DNA of 64,000 nucleotides, taken from the human T2T-CHM13v2.0 reference genome, Homo sapiens. This document shows positions 56,360-64,000 of this stretch, one piece after another (within the stretch, counting starts at the first letter, position 1; every line of letters starts with the position of its first letter). Location: assembly GCF_009914755.1 (NCBI RefSeq), contig NC_060927.1; one strand, written 5' to 3'. The notes below the pieces were generated by a model. That model did not search any database, was not told the origin of the DNA, and saw only the letters and a program-made list of their open reading frames with translations. The translations under genes were made by a program, and so were the position numbers.

Positions 56360-56567
56360 CTGTCATTTTAACAACAAAGACTGATGTTGACCATAATTAG
56401 ACTAATTGAACAGTGAGTGGGTGCTATATAATTCTGTTAGTGCATAAAATAGGAGATTTCCAACTGCTTTCATTTGCTTTCCTCTAGAACATGGTGATCT
56501 GGAACTTAATTACAATTCGCATAGGTTTTACTGTGTTTTCATTGTGTTTGAAATTACTTTTCAAAAT
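56360..56567 (+). repeat. Copy 2 of the ~208-bp duplication
   Basis: ctgtcattttaacaacaaagactgatgttgaccataatta...gaaattacttttcaaaat. Confidence 0.9.
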
Positions 56568-56984
56568 TACTTTTCTTAGCAGGCAAATTGAAAGATAAAC
56601 ATGGAAAAAAGTTGCAATTATTTTAGGAATGTAATCTCTACAGCTGAAATTCTCATCTTTCAGCTTGCATGGGTACTCATTCAGTGACTGACCACACACA
56701 CTCTAGAGTTAGAGAACCTGAATTCAAATATCACTTATAACTCCATTGTCTCCTGTAAATATTTCCCTAAGCCTTGGTTCCTATATTAAAAACGTGATAA
56801 TAACAACCTCTTCCTTAGAGGGTTGTCATGAGAATTAAATGAGATAATGTGTGTAAAGCACCAAACACTATAGCTAGCATATAGTAAATGTGCAACATTT
56901 GTCTATCTTATCTATCATCTATCTAGATTATTAAGAAACAAATGAATCTATCTATCCATCCATTCTCCTCTTTACCATTTGTGA

Positions 56985-57328
<344 letters not shown>

Positions 57329-57887
57329 CATTATGATTCTTATTATCACAACTTGCCTGCATTATTTAGTGTTTCTGGTACATAAAGATTTGTATTCAAT
57401 ATTTTTCAACTGGAAAAAAATACCCATATATCTTAATTTAATAAATTTAACCAGATATTTCCAAATAGGTTGGATTTGAGCTATTTTCTTCAAGAAGATA
57501 GTTATTTTAAGCCTAACAAAATGTTATCTGTTCTGAACATCTTAAAGAATATGTGCTTGAGGAGTTTTGGAATCATTAATTTCATTTATTCCAATCAATG
57601 AAGATTTATTAAGTACACACTATACACAGAATAGTATGCTTGCTGGAGAAAAAAAAAAGGAGAGTCATGATACCTCCAGTTACTAGAGGGGTCTTTTAAG
57701 TTTACTGAATTCTGAAACTGAATAGATTAAGGGACATATTTAAGAAACAAATGAACCAAGCTCTCTACCTCTGGACTCTGACTCTGACCTCAATTAAAGT
57801 AGGATGTTCCTTTGAGAACTTCTGAGTATACAGCAAAATTGTAGTTAGTAAGTTCATATAAGTTTGACAATTACAGAGAACCTACTA

Positions 57888-58394
57888 TTGTTGTATAAAT
57901 AGCCAAAGTTGGCTTCTGTGTACTGGCCTCTAGGTTGTGTATAAGCCAGGCAAAAGCCTGCTGGCACCAAATTTAAATTTTTATACATCCAGTTATTTTT
58001 TATAACGGCCCAAACAAGTAGTTTTAGCCACTTAGAGCTCACCTGTCTTGCATACTACATGAAACTTCACCTTGCAGCTGATACCCATTGACTAGATAGA
58101 GCCCTGCAGTTAGAAAGTCCCAAGTTGTACTTTGGAGCTTTCTGACCCAGGGACTTTCAAATGCTGCTAAGCACCATCAGTGGACCCCTCTTCAATCCCT
58201 GTCTCCAGTCCTTCAATCCCCTTGCCCTCCTTTTTCGCTGGATGGCAGCCTCGGGACTGTCTTATGTTATGAGGGACTTCTCTTCTCATGCAACCCTGTT
58301 GAAGCACTGCCCAATAAAGCTTATGGTGTGTTACTGCCCCTTGTGTTAATATCTTTTTCCTTAATCAGTTCCCAAAGCCTTCAAACCCTCTATA
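57888..58394 (+). mobile_element. Probable ERVL solo LTR (MER73/74/54 group)
   Basis: TG start, about 500 bp, gcccaataaagct poly(A) region and pyrimidine-rich U5. Confidence 0.5.
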
Positions 58395-60049
58395 ACTGTG
58401 TGCCAATTACTGTGCAAGGCACTGAGGATAAAGAGGTAATAAGATACAGTCTTTGACTTTAAGGAACTTATATTCTGACTGGGGAGATATTTATGAATCA
58501 TTTCAATGAAATGAAGTTTCTCTTCTACGAAGATATGCAGAAATATGAAAACATGAAGCACTTTGCTCAGTCTGGGGCAGGTAAGGAAAGAGCTCTTGAA
58601 GAAGATGAAGGCTGAGTTGTACCTTGAAGAGTAATTAAATTTTCAGTTATAATGTAAGAAAAAAGTGTGTTTTTTAAATTATTATTATTATACTGAAAAA
58701 AGTGTTTTTTAGGCAGAGGGAATAACAAAGAAAACCTTATTAGTGAGAAATATGTTGATGTATTATTATCCTCTTCTTCATTGTTTTTATTAGCATCATT
58801 GCTAAACTACTATTGGTTGAAAAACTACATAAGCACTTTATAAATACTATCTCATTTAATTCTCATAATAAGCCACATAAGCTGAAAATTATCAGTCCTG
58901 TTTTAGATACGACGGAACATGCTTAGAAAGTTAACTAACTTGCAAAGTTCACAAATATCTACCACAGTGAGTGGTAAAGACTACACAAGCTCATAGCTGT
59001 CTCCACTGAAAATGCACATAAATTGTTTCTAGGGTTGGTTTTGTTCTGGTATCATGGTTCTTAGTTATTTTATAGTCATAGTGTTCTTTCATTATTTTCC
59101 AGAAATGTTATTCACAATGTACATATGTCATAGCTTGTATTGTCCAAAGATTGTTGTATCCCCAGTTACAAGTTACTGCTTTGCCATAAAGTATGATGTA
59201 GGAAGTGATGAGAGGTTAAATTGAAAGAACACATAAGGACTAGAGTCTTGCCTATGTTTAGTTAAGTCTTTCCTACAGGATAAGAAAAGACTGACATGGT
59301 AAGATATTTTTGTGTGTATTTGTGTGTGTGAGTGGGCATAAGTTGTACTTGTAAAGAAAAAGAGAGCAGAGAGAAGACCTGTTAGGAGTTCAATGTAGGA
59401 GATACAAATGAAAGTATGAGGGTTTTATTAATAACAGTATTAAAAATATAGAGAAGATGTATTCATGCACAAAAAAGTGAAACCACGCTAAAGGTGGCTG
59501 ATTGAATGGGTTGAAAGTGAGTCAAGAAGGGGAGAAGTCATGTTTATGTCAAGACTTTGAGTTAAAGTCACCGGATGGAATATCTGAGATTGGGAATATG
59601 GAAAGAGGTTACAGCTTCATTAGAGAATGGACTGACACATGAGAGAAGCACATAAAGTGAGTAAGTAGAATGGAGACCAAAAGCTTGAGACTTCAGTAGT
59701 TAACAATTGCTGTGAATCACTCAATGCCTATTAATTATTTTTGATTTCTCCTGCCATTCTCAACAGTATCTCTATTTGACAATAAAGTATATCATCTTTT
59801 TACAAATCATTAAAATTTAGCAAAGCCCTACATCTAAGTAGTGGATGTAGAGGTAGGAGACCATGAAAAAATTGGAGAAAAAACATTTCTCCAATATAGG
59901 AGTTGAAAACTCTACTACCTCAAGTGATCCTTCATAACCAAGGATCACTGGTGCAAGGAAAAGTTTCTTTAAAATGGAGATGAGTATGTCATGAAAATTC
60001 TGGAAATATGCTATTAGCATGTTATCTTAAAAACTGAAGTTAATATGAA

Positions 60050-60322
60050 AATAATTATTTACTTTCATATTTATTCTATTTATAGATAATATATTTTAAA
60101 TATTTCACATATACATATTTACTTTATATTATTTATGAGTTTTATTTTATGTTTTCATTTTATTATTTTATATATTATATATATAATTTATGTATATAAA
60201 TTATGTTTGTTTATATATTTAACTTATAGTATAAATTACATATTTATTTATATATTATATAATATATATTATATATTATTTATAAAATATTTATTTTATA
60301 TTCTATATATTTTATTTCATAA
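60050..60322. repeat. AT-rich low-complexity tract
   Basis: Nearly all A/T with degenerate TA repeats. Confidence 0.9.
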
Positions 60323-62834
60323 AATGTTGATAGAAATTGTAACAAAAAGCCAGCACCTATAGTAAGCAATATGAGTTATGTCTATGTTTTTCTAGAATGC
60401 TTTCTGTGAGAAAATTTTCTGATGGTGTGAAAGAATATTCTTCCTTTCATTTTTGATTTTTACACAAATGATATATGACATCATATTTTCTTCAGCACCT
60501 CCTGAGCTTTCCCATGGGTCTCTTTTACTCTTTATATTTAAATCATTATTTTTTGAAATGATGATTGTGCCATTATCCCTGATAATAATTACATATTTAA
60601 TCATTAACTGTTCTTTCTCTGTTAAAAATCTATTTATTAATGGCTTGAAGTTTAAAGAAACCCTTCAATATCACTTTCATTAACTTCAAGAAATCTGGCA
60701 TTAGTTGGAAGATTTGTAATTGCACTTTAGAGTTTTTTTTGTACTGCATTTAGTTTGGATAGTAGAATCAGCAAATATATAAACTAGTGTTAAGTGGGAA
60801 GGCTGTTTTAATAGAGATTAATTTTATATAATCAGTTAGATAGCCAGCATCTTGTCTTATAGCAATGCTCATTTTACAGCCTCATAACTGCATATTGAAT
60901 CTGCAGATAAATATGACTGCTTGATATTTTTCCAGTTTATTTCAGGCAACTGCGAGTTTAGAGATTGCTGAAAGAACTATAACTGTTGTCTTTACATTAA
61001 ACTTTTGCTGGAGAATATGATACACTTGCTATGATCAGAAGTGGTTATATTCTTTTAGCAGTTCCTCTTCTCATATATCTCTTCTTATTAGTGTAGTACA
61101 TTAGTATTATTCATCACCACTATTTAGAATTAATAGCCTGGATTCTATTGGTCTTATAGGTTATAACCTACTTTTAGGCTACATGTCTTTCTGATAAGGA
61201 AATCTATTATCATCTGATTCATCAATTCAATGCCTAAATATTCTTCTTAGTGCACAAGTTTCTCTTTCTTGCTCATGCTGAAATATCACCACCTGAGAAG
61301 GGTGACATCTTTTCCAGGAACAATTAGCCATGTGAGAGATCTCACTAGAATCTGCCTCTTGCCAAAGAAACAGAAAATATATGCACGGTATCTGGAAATA
61401 TATTTATGCTGTAGCTTTTGATTTTGTGTCTGACACCAGCATGCATTCTAGGACCTAACTGTAAGGGCAGCAATGAGGATTATAATGAAAGGGGAGAGCG
61501 GGCTGTTCATCTTTTGGAATCAGGATTGAAAATAAGCTTTCCATGGTTTTGAAAGAAGACTTTTCTTTGTGTTTTCCTCTGCTTTTAAATACATGTGGTG
61601 GTTTTTTTTTTTTTTTCCTTTTTTGCAGTAACCAGCATGTGAGACTTAAAATGAATGCTGTGGTTTGAAAGCCTACCCTCTGCATCTAATGAGTTTTCAT
61701 TCCAGAGGAGCCTTCATTTCCTCCCCATCTCTATTCTTTCTTCACCCAAAGGTGGACTGTTTGGGTCTCAGAAATATGATTATCATATTTGTAATAAATG
61801 TGTGCAGAATGCATTATAAAAAGTTACGGAAAAAGTGGAGAGAAATATCTTCCTAGTTGTTAAGGCACAAATTTGCCTCCCTTCAAGGTCTACCACATAC
61901 ATTTCAGGTACTTATTTACTTATTGAATAATTATTTATTGTGTGCTAACTGAATGGCAGGCACAGTACGCATCCAGGTCCATAAAACATGCCTAAAGTGC
62001 TTGGCAGTCTCATGAGGGAAACAGACATTAACTAAGTATTCAAATATGTAAAAAAAAAGTTGCATTTATAAATAAATATATAAAGACTATATTTTTATTT
62101 CAAAATAAATATATAAATGCATGCAAAGAAGAGGAAATACTGGGAACCTAAAACAACAAATCTATGTCTGGGAATCAGGAAATCTTACTAGAAATACTGG
62201 CTTTTGGGCTGAAGTAAAATGTATAATTAATATTTGGGAAGGTGAAAGTTGGAGACAGTCAGTACAAACTCCTTAAGAACAGGGAGGAACTATTTTATTC
62301 TTTGTATTTTTTTTTTGAGAGTCTTTCCACAATGTCTTCAATTTAGGTTGAAGTTACACAAGATGCAAAAACAGAGTTTGCAAAGTCTAAAATATTTAAA
62401 TATTTTGATTTCCCATTTAAAATATATTTAAATGTTTTTTCAATATTAATAAGGATGGATAGGTGCTTTATTTTCAATTTCTACTCATTCAGGACTGATG
62501 TCTTCATTTTCAAGAATTTATATTTTGCCATTTATTTAAAAAGACTCTTGTGGAAAACTGAGTTCAGAAGTCAAATGTTTCAGATTTATTACAGTGATAT
62601 TTTAGCTTTAGTTGTAGATTGGTACCTTGAGTAGCTGCCCCTGGCCTGCCACTTAATACAGTTCAATTTAACCTAATATATACCTGGCAAATGCTTTTTG
62701 AATTGGTCTTAGACCTACAGACATCTTTAGAAGGAAATAGAATAATACTGCTAACACAGTTTTAGGAAGCTTCCATGTGTTTCTTGAAGATGTTCTGGAC
62801 TTTCAAACAAAATGACAGAACAAATCCTCTTAAT

Positions 62835-63110
62835 CAGAGGTTATAGCCCACAGGCCAAATCCAGTCTGCCACATGTTTTTGTATGGGCTATGAGCTGGTT
62901 TTTACAATTTGTTTAAATGGTTAAACAAACAAAAATGAAATAATACTTTCAACATATGAAAATCAAATGAAATTCAAATTTCAGTATCTATAAATGAAGT
63001 TTTGCTAGAATGCAGCCATGTTCATTTATCACATCCCATCTTTGGCTGCTTTAACACTACAGTGGTAGAGGTGAATAGCTGCGACAGAGCCCACAAAGGC
63101 TAACATACTG
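62835..63110. mobile_element. MER58B-like DNA transposon
   Basis: gcccacaggccaaatccagtctgcc...aaattcaaatttcagt...cagccatgttcattta. Confidence 0.7.
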
Positions 63111-63189
63111 ATGACCCACATGTACTTACGGAGCACATCTGGAAAGTCAGGAATTAAAAACAAACAAACAAACAAAAACAACACAATCT

Positions 63190-64000
63190 CTCTGCCCTCG
63201 TGGATTTTACTTTCTACTGGGGGAGTTATATAAACTCATAAATCGATAAGTTTACTTCAATTAATGTGATAAGTACTAGAAGGAAAATATAACAAGTTAT
63301 GGCATAGGAAACACCTGAGGGCAGAGGTTGGGGCTGCGTTATTGAAGGTGTAAGCAGGAGGAGATGCTTAGTAGGACTCTAGGATGGGGCGAAGAAACAG
63401 CCATGAAGAGGAGGGGCATTCCAAATAGACAGTAAAACAAAAGCAAAAGTCCTGAGACTGGAAAGAGCTTGATGATTTCTGGATAGGGAAGAGAAGCTAT
63501 GTGTGATCGAAGTGTCATGGGTGAACAGGATAGGGATATAAAACAAAGAAGTTGAAAGATGGGGAATGTTCAGTGTGGAATCTACTGAGCCTCTCACCTC
63601 TGATGAGGTTGATTAGATGAGTCTAACGTGTGGTCTCAAGCTCTGTATATTTTTCATCTCTCCAGGTGCTTCTATTATGGCCAGGTTTTGGAAACCACAA
63701 ATATTTTCATCTTAGTCTAAGTGCCATGAGAAGCCACTGGAGAATTCTTGGCAGAATTATATATTTTAAAGTTCCGCTTGATTGTTGTGAAGAAATAGGT
63801 CTGCAGGAGGAAAGAGGAGAGACAGGAAGCTGGAGGGGGATGTTTCTGGAGTTGTCCAACCAAGAGACTTGTATTAGGGTAGCAGTAATGGCAGTGAAAA
63901 GGGGACAGATGTGGGCCACATCACAGAGGTAGAGCCAAAATAACTTGCTGATTGGAAGTGGGAGTAAGGAAAAGAGGAATCAGTGTCACTGAATAACTGG
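63190..64000 (-). mobile_element. L2 LINE fragments
   Basis: Minus-strand peptide ITATLIQVSWLDNSRNIP resembles L2; purine-rich L2-like sequence. Confidence 0.6.

Noticed and set aside
54808-56567. 208-bp direct repeats as the LTRs of a small retroelement
   Set aside because: No CA terminus, PBS, PPT or TSD; the interior is ordinary sequence plus an old DNA transposon.
60135-60683. Hydrophobic ORFs that look like membrane proteins
   Set aside because: They arise from AT-rich low-complexity sequence.

Overview
AT-rich primate (hominid-like) genomic window that is almost entirely transposable-element derived. I recognise no host protein-coding exon or RNA gene. The main elements are a full-length, nonsense-inactivated L1PA2-like LINE-1 (about 17675-23706, minus strand), a complete but decayed HERV-E provirus with a tRNA-Glu primer site (34010-42694, plus), and a MER51-type ERV 3' remnant (env TM plus LTR) with a nested THE1 LTR. 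Around these are many Alu, old L1M/L2, MaLR and Tigger/MER elements. The most unusual object is an approximately 280-bp, apparently young, TSD-flanked retro-insertion at 29100-29379. It consists of 165 bp of CpG-intact L1PA2/L1HS-type 5'UTR whose ends read as one head-to-tail monomer, fused to a 101-bp non-L1 tail with two AATAAA signals and a poly(A). It is a candidate non-autonomous, L1-mobilised chimeric element. Repeat subfamily names are from memory of consensus sequences, not from a database search.
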